In this document: positions 1 through 9,500 of the stretch, in pieces
How the letters are laid out: every line of letters starts with the position of its first letter
Position numbering within the stretch: the first letter of the stretch is position 1
IMG/VR virus record: IMGVR_UViG_3300044260_000112
Location: 1-27,822 of that record
Strand: one strand, 5' to 3'
DNA length: 27,822 nt
Origin: a virus
Lineage: Duplodnaviria > Caudoviricetes
The notes under the pieces: generated by a model
Database searches by the model: none
Seen by the model: the letters and a program-made list of their open reading frames with translations, nothing else
What the model was told of the DNA's origin: nothing
Position numbers and translations under genes: made by a program

Positions 1-939
1 TTATGGTCGCATTCCTGGGCAGATGGCTTTAAGAGCTTCTGCTTTCGCGGTTATCCGAATTCTCGAATAATAGCGCGACATTTTTATTGACTGGTGTCCC
101 GCGATTGACATAATTGTTTCGTCGGGCGCTCCTGATTCAAAAAGTTTCGTGATGATCTGGTTGCGAAAGTTTCGCGGTTGCAGCCATTCCAAGCCAGTTT
201 TTTTGCGCATCGTCCTGAATGCCGACCGAATAAAGTATGGCGACGCCGGCTTGGTCACGTCATAGCTCCCGCGCTTCAGCCGATACGGAAAAATGTAGTG
301 GTCGGGATGCCACGCTCCCAGGCGTTTTGCTCGCTCCACTATCCTGCGCACTTGCTTCGCGGCGACAGCATTCAGCGGCACCACTCGTGCCCGAAATTCA
401 TTCTTCACTTTAGTATCTGGAATATGTATCGTTGGCGGCTCGTGCTCCAGAAAGACATGCTTCATTTGCAGGTGGCGCAACTCAATCCCCATCGCTGACG
501 TGTTATTCGTCAACGAGACTGCCCAGTATGCAACGCTCCAATCGGGATTGCCCGCCACCACGCGAAAGAATCTTTCTTCTTCCTCCGCAGTCAATACCTT
601 CGGGGGCGTCCAATTCGGCAGCGGCAGCGGCTTATAATGCTTTTCGATCAGGTCCCACAAATCGGCCGTCTTCAAAATCTGCGCCAGCGTATTCAACTCA
701 TGGTTCACGCATGACGCACCTGCCTCCATTCGCCGTTGCCTCTGATATTCGAGGAAATGGCCAATATGAATTTGCGACAGCAACACGCCCGCAAACATTT
801 TTTTCAGATTTCTGACATACCATTCATACATCTCAATCGTCCGGTTTTTTTTGCTGTGCATTTTCTTGATCTCCAGCCAGTGTCTGGCTGCTTCCTCAAA
901 AGGAAGGGTTCGAAACTGTAACGGCGTCATCACTCTCAT
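1..939 (-). CDS. Tyrosine recombinase/phage integrase family protein with non-canonical active-site motifs
   Basis: Core-binding region (ASCVNHELNTLAQIL), KVLTAEEEERF, box I-like NNTSAMGIELRHL, K in TKVKN..RVVPLN, box II-like PRNFRNQ...IMSIAGHQSIKMSRYYS. Confidence 0.9.
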   Translation of the reverse strand: MRVMTPLQFRTLPFEEAARHWLEIKKMHSKKNRTIEMYEWYVRNLKKMFAGVLLSQIHIGHFLEYQRQRRMEAGASCVNHELNTLAQILKTADLWDLIEKHYKPLPLPNWTPPKVLTAEEEERFFRVVAGNPDWSVAYWAVSLTNNTSAMGIELRHLQMKHVFLEHEPPTIHIPDTKVKNEFRARVVPLNAVAAKQVRRIVERAKRLGAWHPDHYIFPYRLKRGSYDVTKPASPYFIRSAFRTMRKKTGLEWLQPRNFRNQIITKLFESGAPDETIMSIAGHQSIKMSRYYSRIRITAKAEALKAICPGMRP

Positions 940-1211
940 AAGTTCGGGCCTGGCTTTGCGGCGCTCCGGCCGTAGGAAGTAGCCGGGAGCACCATTTACT
1001 TGGGTTCGAAAGTCATTCTACGTGATTCGTTTTTCGTTCGCTACAACAAAATATAGGGCAGCCATGGGGCCCTGGCCCACAACATATAGCTTTGGGTCAA
1101 AAAGCTCTGAGAACCGATCTCAAGTTGAATTGCGGCGTGCTTTGTGAACCGCCGGAATCCACTCCGACCGCCACTGCGGAGCGACTGAAGCCGCTGCTTG
1201 CCTCCGCCTTT

Positions 1212-1505
1212 TTATCCTTCGACGACCGGCTGCAACGGCGTGCTCACAGGCATCAGCGCCATCACGCTTTCTGGCGTCATCTCTTTGCCCGCCACGGCGT
1301 GCGCGGCCTGGATCGCAATCGCCGCCAGATTGCCGAACGCCGCTGTCACGCGCGCCATTGAGCCTGCATCGAACCCGCCCAATCCGCTGGCGGGCCCGAC
1401 TGCGCCAAGGATCTGTTCAATAAACAACGCTGCGTCCGTCACTGTCTTCAGCGTCTGTTTCAGTTTGTCTGCGGTGGAAATGCTGGTTACAGGATTTGTT
1501 GCCAA
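1212..1505 (-). CDS. Small Ala-rich hypothetical protein at the end of the lysis cassette
   Basis: TTG start preceded by GAGGTG; co-oriented with the lysis genes; 97 aa, amphipathic. Confidence 0.65.
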   Translation of the reverse strand: MATNPVTSISTADKLKQTLKTVTDAALFIEQILGAVGPASGLGGFDAGSMARVTAAFGNLAAIAIQAAHAVAGKEMTPESVMALMPVSTPLQPVVEG

Positions 1506-1526
1506 GATTGCACCTCGTGAAAATCG

Positions 1527-1554
1527 GTATTTGGTAATTGGTACTTAGTATTTG
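1527..1554. repeat. Degenerate heptamer tandem repeat, 4 units
   Basis: gtatttg gtaattg gtactta gtatttg; intergenic. Confidence 0.75.
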
Positions 1555-1581
1555 GCGAGTGGTGATCAGCTTGATGGCCGC

Positions 1582-2328
1582 TTAGCGTTGCGCAGCCGCC
1601 GGCTTCAACGCCGCGATTGCCGCCACAGGGTTTCGAACATCCGGCCGTTGAATCTCACTCACCGGCTTCTTCCCCATCAAACTACGCACCGCGTTCAGCA
1701 GCAACGGGAACTGCTCCAGCAATCCCACAACCGCCGCTTGTTTCTCCTGCAACGTTGCTGATTTATCTTTTGCCACTTTGGCCACGGCATACGCGGCAAA
1801 AGCGTCTACCGCGGCAATCTGCGCCTGGCGCGCTTTCTCCACAACCTGCTGCGCTTCGCGCGTCTGCGGCAGATAAAACGCTTGCGGATCAAACGCCGCA
1901 TTCTGCGTGGCATTCTCTGAATCGCCGGCGCAAGCGTGCCGGATATCGGCGTCAAAGTGGTTATAGCCCGCCACGGCGCAGTCGATCAGCGCTTTGCTCG
2001 CGGCCAATGACGCGTATGTCGTCCGGTCCCACGAGCTCACGCACCCCGCCAGCAATGCGCATGCAGGGATCGTCACGCAAAGTGCCAGCACGCTGGTAAT
2101 CTTCGTCCAGTCAGTGATGCGTGCCGGCTGGTTTCCCGGCAGCGGCGACTGCTTCAGATACAGCAGCACTGACTTCACGCCAATCACCAGCGCTGCCGCG
2201 CCAACTTTCGTCAGTCCGGCTTTGGAAAAGTTAAAGCTCGCCGGATCCAGTTGCATGGTGGCCAGCGCGGTAATCATTGAGCTCAGCGCAAACACGCCCA
2301 GCCCCTTGAACCAGGTTGCAAGGTTCAT
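1582..2328 (-). CDS. Holin-like membrane domain fused to a putative lipoprotein (lysis accessory, possibly spanin-like)
   Basis: ATG at 2328 after GAGGA; two hydrophobic helices ending YLKQSPLP, then a third hydrophobic stretch ending in lipobox LLAG-C (Cys96), then an Ala-rich helical region; follows the endolysin. Confidence 0.7.
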   Translation of the reverse strand: MNLATWFKGLGVFALSSMITALATMQLDPASFNFSKAGLTKVGAAALVIGVKSVLLYLKQSPLPGNQPARITDWTKITSVLALCVTIPACALLAGCVSSWDRTTYASLAASKALIDCAVAGYNHFDADIRHACAGDSENATQNAAFDPQAFYLPQTREAQQVVEKARQAQIAAVDAFAAYAVAKVAKDKSATLQEKQAAVVGLLEQFPLLLNAVRSLMGKKPVSEIQRPDVRNPVAAIAALKPAAAQR

Positions 2329-2387
2329 GGTGTTGTCCTCTCTTTTCAATTGAAGTTGGTTTTAAGTTTGGATCATGGGGAGCCAAT

Positions 2388-2436
2388 GCTCTTGGCTCTT
2401 GGCTCTTGGCTCTTGGCTTTTGGCTTTTGGCTTTTT
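2388..2436. repeat. Heptamer tandem repeat, 7 units
   Basis: (gctcttg)x4 (gcttttg)x2 gcttttt, between the endolysin and the next gene. Confidence 0.95.
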
Positions 2437-2490
2437 ATTAACTCTCGATGGAGGTGGAGCGAGTCTTCAAAAGCCCGTCGGCTAGGCGGC

Positions 2491-3000
2491 TCAAGCGCTT
2501 GCGCGTTTCATCCATCCCGCCAAATTCACGGCCTCTGCCGGGTTGTTGGTGGCTATGTGCCGGTAGTGCCACGCGCTAAACTGGCAGAGGAGCCCGTAGA
2601 AGCTTTGCGGATCCATAGCATTAATGGCCGCCAAGGTCTTCGACCCGATGTTGCCGTCTTCTGTGAGCTGCGGGCCCTGGGAGTTTACAGCTCGCTGGGC
2701 ATAGACGGCCGCCTGCCGCACTCCCATGTTCACGCCCATATCAAAAAGCTTGTTGGCCACGTTCTGGTCCTCCACCTCAGCCAGGCACATGCTGTCCCAG
2801 TACTCACTTTCTTCAATCTTTTCTGCTTCGCCCAGGGCGTCTTCCGCGGGCCCGGTGAAAAACTTCTCGGGCAGATCAGGATGAAACTTTTCCGCAATGC
2901 CAAAGCGCGTGCGGCCCCCGGCATCCACGGTTACCTTGCCGGAGCGGGTTGAGTCTTCATGTTGCAGCGTAAGTAAAAATGCCGTTTTGAAATCAGCCAT
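2491..3000 (-). CDS. Endolysin, glycoside hydrolase family 108 with PG_binding_3-like C-terminus
   Basis: HE...DAGGRTRFGI catalytic motif, LFDMGVNMG, QRAVN...DGNIGSKTLAAIN, GWMKR end; GGAGG RBS. Confidence 0.92.
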   Translation of the reverse strand: MADFKTAFLLTLQHEDSTRSGKVTVDAGGRTRFGIAEKFHPDLPEKFFTGPAEDALGEAEKIEESEYWDSMCLAEVEDQNVANKLFDMGVNMGVRQAAVYAQRAVNSQGPQLTEDGNIGSKTLAAINAMDPQSFYGLLCQFSAWHYRHIATNNPAEAVNLAGWMKRASA

Positions 3001-3048
3001 GGAAATTGCCTCCGAAATTGAAATGCCATCAGAGATCGTTGTGGGGAA

Positions 3049-3573
3049 TTATCGATTCCCCTCTTTCTGATTAACGGGATCATCTTCGAGTTCCGTCTTC
3101 CTTGTGCCGCTGGCCTCGACATGGCGCCAGGTCGTTCCTTTTGCGATAGCGGCAATGGTTGGAGGTGTCACCCCATATTCGCGCGCAATCTCGCTCACAT
3201 ACATCCGGCCTTCGGCCAGCAAGGTTTTGATCCTGCTCACCTGTTCCGTTGAAAGTTTGGAACTACGATTTTTTTCGCCGCGCATACTTCTGCCCTTTTC
3301 CTCCCTGTCGCGCGCATTGTCCGTATGGGTCCCGAGGAAAAGGTGTTTGGGGTTTACGCATGCGCGCACGTCGCAGGTATGGCAAACCAACAGTCCGGGT
3401 GTTATCTCACCACGAAAGAGCATCCAAGCGTGGCGGTGCGCAATGCGCGACTTACCGTCCAGCCACAGGACGCCATACCCGCATTGGTTCAACTGACCGC
3501 GCCACAGCCAGCACCCGCCGTTCGGCTCAGGACACACCTTGGCCAGAAATCTTTCTCTTGGAGTAAGTTTCAT
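3049..3573 (-). CDS. HNH (homing-type) endonuclease with C-terminal HTH
   Basis: CWLWRG...GYG...AHRHAW...VCHTCDVRACVNPKHLFLGTHTDNARD; SKLSTEQV...EIAREYGVTPPTIAAI...TWRHV. Confidence 0.93.
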   Translation of the reverse strand: MKLTPRERFLAKVCPEPNGGCWLWRGQLNQCGYGVLWLDGKSRIAHRHAWMLFRGEITPGLLVCHTCDVRACVNPKHLFLGTHTDNARDREEKGRSMRGEKNRSSKLSTEQVSRIKTLLAEGRMYVSEIAREYGVTPPTIAAIAKGTTWRHVEASGTRKTELEDDPVNQKEGNR

Positions 3574-3637
3574 TGGAGTTCACCTGAAAAAGCAGCTTGT
3601 AGCAGTGGGGAGTGGAGTCATAATCGCCCGCGAATTG

Positions 3638-3703
3638 CGCAAATGAACACGAAGCCAAACTTAGAAAATAATTGGTATTCGAGGTATTTCGCGTTCATTT
3701 GCG
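3638..3703. repeat. Intergenic inverted repeat (REP-like)
   Basis: cgcaaatgaacacgaa (3638-3653) pairs with ttcgcgttcatttgcg (3688-3703) with 1 mismatch. Confidence 0.75.
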
Positions 3704-3709
3704 GCCACG

Positions 3710-3874
3710 CTAAACGCTGGCCGCGTGCTTACCGTTTGCGCTGATGCCTTTGCGCTCGGCAAAGTCCGTCCACATGAGCTTGTGCTGGTAGACGATGATC
3801 GACATCTTGCGATAAATCCCCAGCAGCACCAGCAGGTTCGCTGCGGTAACAAAATCGGTAAAGTGAATTTGCAT
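3710..3874 (-). CDS. Small 54-aa membrane protein, putative holin or lysis accessory (absent from the ORF track)
   Basis: Manual translation MQIHFTDFVTAANLLVLLGIYRKMSIIVYQHKLMWTDFAERKGISANGKHAASV; GAGAGGGGA RBS; N-terminal hydrophobic helix; first gene of the lysis cassette. Confidence 0.7.
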   Translation of the reverse strand: MQIHFTDFVTAANLLVLLGIYRKMSIIVYQHKLMWTDFAERKGISANGKHAASV

Positions 3875-3965
3875 CAGGTCCCCTCTCTTGAAAGAAATGG
3901 TTCACGCAAAACAAAATTGGTCCGGCAAACGTGAATCCGGCGGCGCGCTCCGCTAGAATCCGAAT

Positions 3966-4526
3966 GTGAATCAGGGCGCAACCCACAAATATCGTCTGCT
4001 GCTAAAGCTGCTTTTCAGCCGTCCGTCCGAATTTCTTGACCGCGTCAAGACCGCGGCGGAAGGAATGGCTTCACCACCGCAATCTGCCGCCGGGGCCGGT
4101 GGGCTTGATCTTGCGGCCATGCTGGAGCTGAGTTCGAAATACCTGACAAGGCTCAGATAATGCAGTTCGCCGCCAGGACGAAGAACACGGACGGCTTCTC
4201 TGATATTGAGGGCACGCCGATCAGCAGCGCCATCAACCGCGTATCAGGCTGGCTGCGTCGGCTGCTCATCGCGAAGACTGAAGCCGTACCGGCGGACCAT
4301 GAAACCCCAATTGAGGGCGCTGGCTTAATCTCCTACTCGGATCCATGGAATTAGAAACGTCCTCGGAATATCTTGCGAACGTCAAAATCGTCCGTTTTAT
4401 GCCGGAGTTTATGAGGATCGGCGTCACGCTCCTTTGCTCGGTGCCGACCCGCCATACCCGAGGGATATTGTGTTCGTGATTGCAGAAAACCTGTGTCCGA
4501 TCCGCTTTAGCGCCCAACACACATAA
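3966..4526 (+). pseudogene. Fragmentary plus-strand coding remnants, possibly a decayed moron
   Basis: Two abutting 64-aa ORFs plus further protein-like frames, opposite to the operon; no complete domain recognisable. Confidence 0.3.
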
Positions 4527-6405
4527 AAGTAGCTGTGTATGTCGTTCCGGCAACTGGAACCGCGTTAAAGAAAAACGTTGCCGTTGTCGCCGTCATCGCA
4601 TTTGGAATCATGCTCGCCGATGGGCCAAAGCCATCTCCTCTTACGACAAGACAGAGAGGGGCAGTTGTCCATGTTCCATCGTGAAAGGTGAGCGTGAAAG
4701 TTGGATTGGGCCCCTGCCCGGTTCCATTCGACGTGATGCTGATCTGACCAATTACATCGTTTCCAGCCACCGCTGACACGCTTGCGGTTGACCCCCAGCC
4801 AGCGCCCAAACCGCCAACGTCTCCGAGCACAAGTGGCGATCCTTGATTGGCCTTAAGGCGCTTCACGTTTGTGTTGCCCGTAATCGTTGGATCAGAGATG
4901 ACCGGGCTTGTCAGCGTCTTATTCGTCAGCGTATCAGTGGTGGTTCTTGCCACGAGCGTATCCGTCACGGTTGCGGGTAAAGTGAGAATGCCAGCGCCCG
5001 CAACTGAAGACGCCTGAACGACCGTATTGCCCGATGTTGCGCCTGTCCACCGGATGCCCTGCGGGCTATTTAGAAAGAGCGTGCCGCCATTGCCGAATTG
5101 CATTGAGCTGCCAGCATTGTTGGTGAAAAGAATTCCGCCTGCCGTATCATTTGTGATGCTTGCGGGGAGTGTTTGCGATGTAGTTTGTAGCGCGATGCCG
5201 CCAGCGGTAGTTATCGTTCCAGTAGTGTCTGCAACGTTCGTTTTTGCTCCAGAACCCAGGAAAACACTGCCGCTACCATTGCCCTGCACAAAGGTGTTCG
5301 TATAAGGCGAGGAATTTGAAACAAAGAAATGGCTTACGCCGAGGTTGTCTGCAATATTAAATGCCGTGGTGGGGGAAACTTGTTTAATCGTCGCAACCCC
5401 AAGCGTGTTGGCCGCGCCCAGGTTCACATTGGCCAGGGTAGAAGTTCCGGCCACGGAGAGCGTGCCTGGAATGATCGATCCGCCACTGCTCTGCATCGGC
5501 CCGGAAGATACCGCATTCGACCCATCAAACCAGAACTCCTGCGTGCTGCACACTGCAGCCGTGCTCACAATGGTCCCCATGTTCAAAACATTGGCGGGGG
5601 GAACAAAAGTGCGGCCGCCGGTTGCGTCCTGGCAGATTTCAAAGCTGATCGGCTCGCCGGCTACGGCATTGGCCAGTGTTGAGCCGGTAACGTTCCCGGT
5701 CAGAGTCAATTTGAAGCTGGCTGCCGTGCTGGCGTCGAATGTTGGCGTGGCGGAAAATGTGACCGTGGCAAGCGAACCCAGGCGTACATCCGTGCGCGAG
5801 GTTACAGCATTGTCGGAACAAACCATCCCCGCGGCACAGTTGAAAGCCGTGCGCTGCGTAAGCCCGATTCCGGTATTGAAAATCTGCTGAAGGATGTTGG
5901 AAGGAATATTGGAGCCGGTGACTGTCCCCGTGGCTGCCACGTTTCCGCTGACTGCCAGATTGCCGGAAACGCTGTTGCCGCTGAGCGGCGCAAAGCTGCC
6001 CAGATTAACCGGCGCATAATTGTCAAAGTTGAAGGTCGCCCCAGCGAAAGAAACTCCTGTGTACCGGAGCACTTCCTGCCCGGTGCTGGAGTCTTTCACC
6101 GTGACGCGATAGTAAATTCCCGAAGGCAGAGTGGCCGCCGGGTTTGGCACGGTAAAAGTTGGCGTGACCGCGCCCGCCGCGACGGGCGCGCAATAACCGC
6201 GCTTCAAGGCCTGTCCGCCGCCGCCGATGGAAACGGAGATCGGATTGTCCTGCTGATCGGTAATCAGAAAGCAGAGTTGCCCTGCGGCAAGCCTGGCGCC
6301 ATTGATGTCGGTAATGTTTGACGCTGAAACGGTGGTTAGGTTCTGGGCATGCAGGTTTACCGCAAAGGACGCAAAGAGCACAAAGACGAGAAATAGTTTC
6401 TTCAT
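4507..6405 (-). CDS. Tail-fibre/receptor-binding-like protein with an N-terminal signal peptide
   Basis: AAGGAG RBS; MKKLFLVFVLFASFAVNLHA|QN; fibre-type motifs FSATPTFDAS..LTLTGNVT..QDATGGRTF and TDTLTNKTLTSP; G/T/S/N-rich; directly after the central tail gene. Confidence 0.8.
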   Translation of the reverse strand: MKKLFLVFVLFASFAVNLHAQNLTTVSASNITDINGARLAAGQLCFLITDQQDNPISVSIGGGGQALKRGYCAPVAAGAVTPTFTVPNPAATLPSGIYYRVTVKDSSTGQEVLRYTGVSFAGATFNFDNYAPVNLGSFAPLSGNSVSGNLAVSGNVAATGTVTGSNIPSNILQQIFNTGIGLTQRTAFNCAAGMVCSDNAVTSRTDVRLGSLATVTFSATPTFDASTAASFKLTLTGNVTGSTLANAVAGEPISFEICQDATGGRTFVPPANVLNMGTIVSTAAVCSTQEFWFDGSNAVSSGPMQSSGGSIIPGTLSVAGTSTLANVNLGAANTLGVATIKQVSPTTAFNIADNLGVSHFFVSNSSPYTNTFVQGNGSGSVFLGSGAKTNVADTTGTITTAGGIALQTTSQTLPASITNDTAGGILFTNNAGSSMQFGNGGTLFLNSPQGIRWTGATSGNTVVQASSVAGAGILTLPATVTDTLVARTTTDTLTNKTLTSPVISDPTITGNTNVKRLKANQGSPLVLGDVGGLGAGWGSTASVSAVAGNDVIGQISITSNGTGQGPNPTFTLTFHDGTWTTAPLCLVVRGDGFGPSASMIPNAMTATTATFFFNAVPVAGTTYTATFMCVGR

Positions 6406-6423
6406 GGAAACTCCTTAAAATCT

Positions 6424-6495
6424 GAACACGGATGAACACTGATCACGTGGATTTTCACGAATGCGATTGAGACGCAGCGGTGCTACGTTCCCTAC
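6424..6495. repeat. Degenerate 9-10-mer repeats plus an imperfect palindrome (REP-like)
   Basis: gaacacggat gaacactgat cacgtggat tttcacgaat, then gagacgcagcggtgctacgttcc. Confidence 0.5.
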
Positions 6496-6537
6496 GTTCA
6501 AGGTTTGGCCAATGCCAAGAGCTAACGGCCCATTTTT

Positions 6538-9500
6538 TTACATTCCCGGCAGAGGACGGCCCGGAGCGCCTGAGCCCGTGCCAGTGCTTGACGTTCCCTG
6601 TCCGCCGGTTGTGCCGCCGGTGCCGCTGGAATTACATGTAGTCAATGAGCCCACCCGCATTTGCCCGCGATAGACCGCCTGAACGTAATTGTTGTAATTG
6701 GCCCAGGCCCGGTGTGTGGCCGCGTTGAAGTCATACGAAATCCAATAGATCGTGCTGACTTGCGGAGCGGCGCCGGTGTCATCAACCGTAGTAATGGTTT
6801 GCGCTGGGATAGTTCTGGTAGCGCCCTGGTCTTTCATCTTCCATGCGGTATAGGACGTTCCCGCGCCGCCGGGACCAAAGATACTTATGCTGTCCGCCGT
6901 GCCAGACACAAAAACAGAAGTGATGGTGGCGTTGTTGGCCGGCGTCTCATCATGGTTGCCGAACAACCCCATGAAGAGGAACGGGTACGCTGTGGCATTC
7001 GCCAAAGACTGCTCCATCAGTCCCATGCGGTTGAAGCTGGTAAATTTGAAAAAGATCAGCGGAGTCGCCACGCCGCCGGAAGTATAAGCCCCATTGCCGG
7101 TCGATCCCTTCAGTGTAAAAGTGTTGATTCCAGTGACGGTAATCACCCATTGCCCGTTGGCTGCCGTATTGCCCAGCACGCCAGAAATCAAAACCGATTG
7201 CCCGGTAAAGAATCCGTGATTATTCGCGGTGATGGAGATAGGCGAAGCGTTGGAGGCTGCCGTAATGCCGACCGGAAACCCTACGAGCGTTGGATCAGCT
7301 TCCCAGACAAATACTCCATCATCCAAACGAAGAAAGACGGAATTTGTGTTGTGCGTTCGAATAGGCGAACCAAAAACGCCGCGCCGGAGCCGCGCTGCAA
7401 CCACAGCCGTTCCGCCCGAAGTATAAGCGCCATTGCCGGTCGATCCATTGAGCGTGAACGTGTTGGCTGCGGTAACGGTGATGACCCATGTTCCATTGGC
7501 CGCCGTGTTGCCGCCGACCGATGCAACTACCACGGTTTCACCGGTTCCAAGGCCGTGATTGGCTATCGTGATCTGAATCGGGCTGGCGTTTGTTGCGCCG
7601 GTGATGGTTTGCCCCGCGCCGTGAGCGCCCAGGTCGTAACGATAAGACGCGGTAAGCGTCGCGTCTTCATAGCTGATCAGCTCCCCATCGACGTAACAAA
7701 GCGTGCGGAAGTTGTCACAGTCTGCCTGGGCGCCGGAGTTCAGAATCCCCGTGGACTGAGTGAGATCGACCGCCAGCGTGTGCGTTGTGTCCGGATCAGC
7801 TGAGCTTACAAGCTGCGCCGTCAACACGCCCATGCGGGAAGGCCCATACATTGCTCCCACCTGAACGTAATTGCTATTGTCCGGAGAAACCCAGACGTGG
7901 CAGCCGCCGTAATCCTGGTTCACAGCCGTTCCGCCCGACGTGTAAGCGCCGTTGCCGGTCGAGCCGTTCAAGGTGAAATTGTTTGGATCGACAACTGTTA
8001 ACGTCCATGTGCCGTTCGCCGCGGTGTTGCCGCCGACTCCAGCGATGGTTGTCTTCTGGCCGTTCTTATATCCGTGGTTCGCCGCGGTAATCTGGATCGG
8101 CGTTGCGTTTGTTGCTGCCGTGATTGCTACCGTAGGCCCGCAAACTCCAAGCCACACTTCATAATTCCCGGTGAGTGAGAGCCGGTCATTGGCTTCAAAG
8201 GTGATCGGCGTTGAAACCGCGCCCGGATCTGAATTGGCCTGCGAGACAAAGCCGGCGCCAGCCTGATGAGGATATAGAGTAGGAGCAGCCGTTCCCCAGG
8301 GAAAGTCTTCACAATCGACTTCCAGTTTGCCGGAATCGTCCTCACGCATGGCGGTGATCCGCACCGGCTTCTTGTTGTAGCCCAATTCCGGAATCGTAAG
8401 CGTGACCAGGTCCATGGGCTCCAGCAGATTGAATTGCCAGCCCAGAGAAAAAGTGTACGTGGCGCGAATTTCCACTGACCGATTGCGCAGCAGATTCGCC
8501 GCGAATTTTGCGACGGTCGTGGTGGTGATCGAGTGCGCCTGTTTTGGGCTGTCCTTGCGAAGACCGTATAACGCGATCATCGCCTCGTCTTTGTCTTCGG
8601 CAATTTCGATGTTGTAATCGTTTGCCCGGTTGACAAATTCCACGCTTACGGAATTCATCACGTCCGCCACGGAAGGCCGCTTGATCAGCACCGGAGTCAA
8701 AAGGTCGGAAGTGGTGAGATCGTAGATCGGTGACGTGTTCGGAATGAACGTTGCTCCGTTGCCAACCTTTGTTGTATCGCCATAAGGAACGATCTTTAGA
8801 ACGCCTTCACTCCAGACGGCCGCAGCGTTGGTGATGTCAAGGATTTCCTGTATCCAGTCGCTCGCGGCTTTTTGCGCGTCGAGCACGGGCGAAAGAAACA
8901 GCCCGTTGGCGGTGCAGAAATTTTTGTATTGCGTGAGGTCGCCAACCGGAACCACGCCGGCCAGTCCATAAAACTGGTTGGCCAGGAGGTCCGTAATAAT
9001 CACGGAAGGCTCTGCATCGGCAATGCCAGCGCCAAAGGTGATGGCGCTCAGTACTTCAAAGCTTAGGTTCGGCAATGTGCCGGATTCGCCCAGATCCATG
9101 GCGGATGCAGCAACGTAAGCTATCCCGTTATATCCAAGGTCCTGCCCCGGATGTGCAGAGGTCAGATAGCTCCAGGCTGTCTGCGGACGCGAACCGGTGA
9201 ACAGAGTAAGACTCAACTTCTGCTGCGGCTGGCCATTTGAATTTGAATCCGGCACTGAGTAAACGTAGGTAATTGTCATTACCTTGCCGGCATCGGCGGC
9301 TGAGAAATTGAACGTTGCACCCGATTGCGTGAACTGTCCCGCGCCGGGCGAGCTGCCTACCTGAACCATGGGCGTCTGCTGCGTTCCCGAAAAAGGTACT
9401 GAGCCATCAGAACCAAAATCAGTTTGTGAGAAACTGAAAGAATCCGCCCTGCCCACGCCACGGTGAGAATGAAATACTCCGGAGCCTGGGGGTGTGACTG

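Noticed and set aside
6661-7803. 380-aa plus-strand ORF and other long antisense ORFs over structural genes
   Set aside because: Shadow frames of GC-rich coding sequence with no recognisable motifs
7066-8124. Tail-protein repeats as DGR template/variable regions
   Set aside because: No reverse transcriptase in the window; differences are mostly synonymous, not adenine-specific, and all copies are in frame
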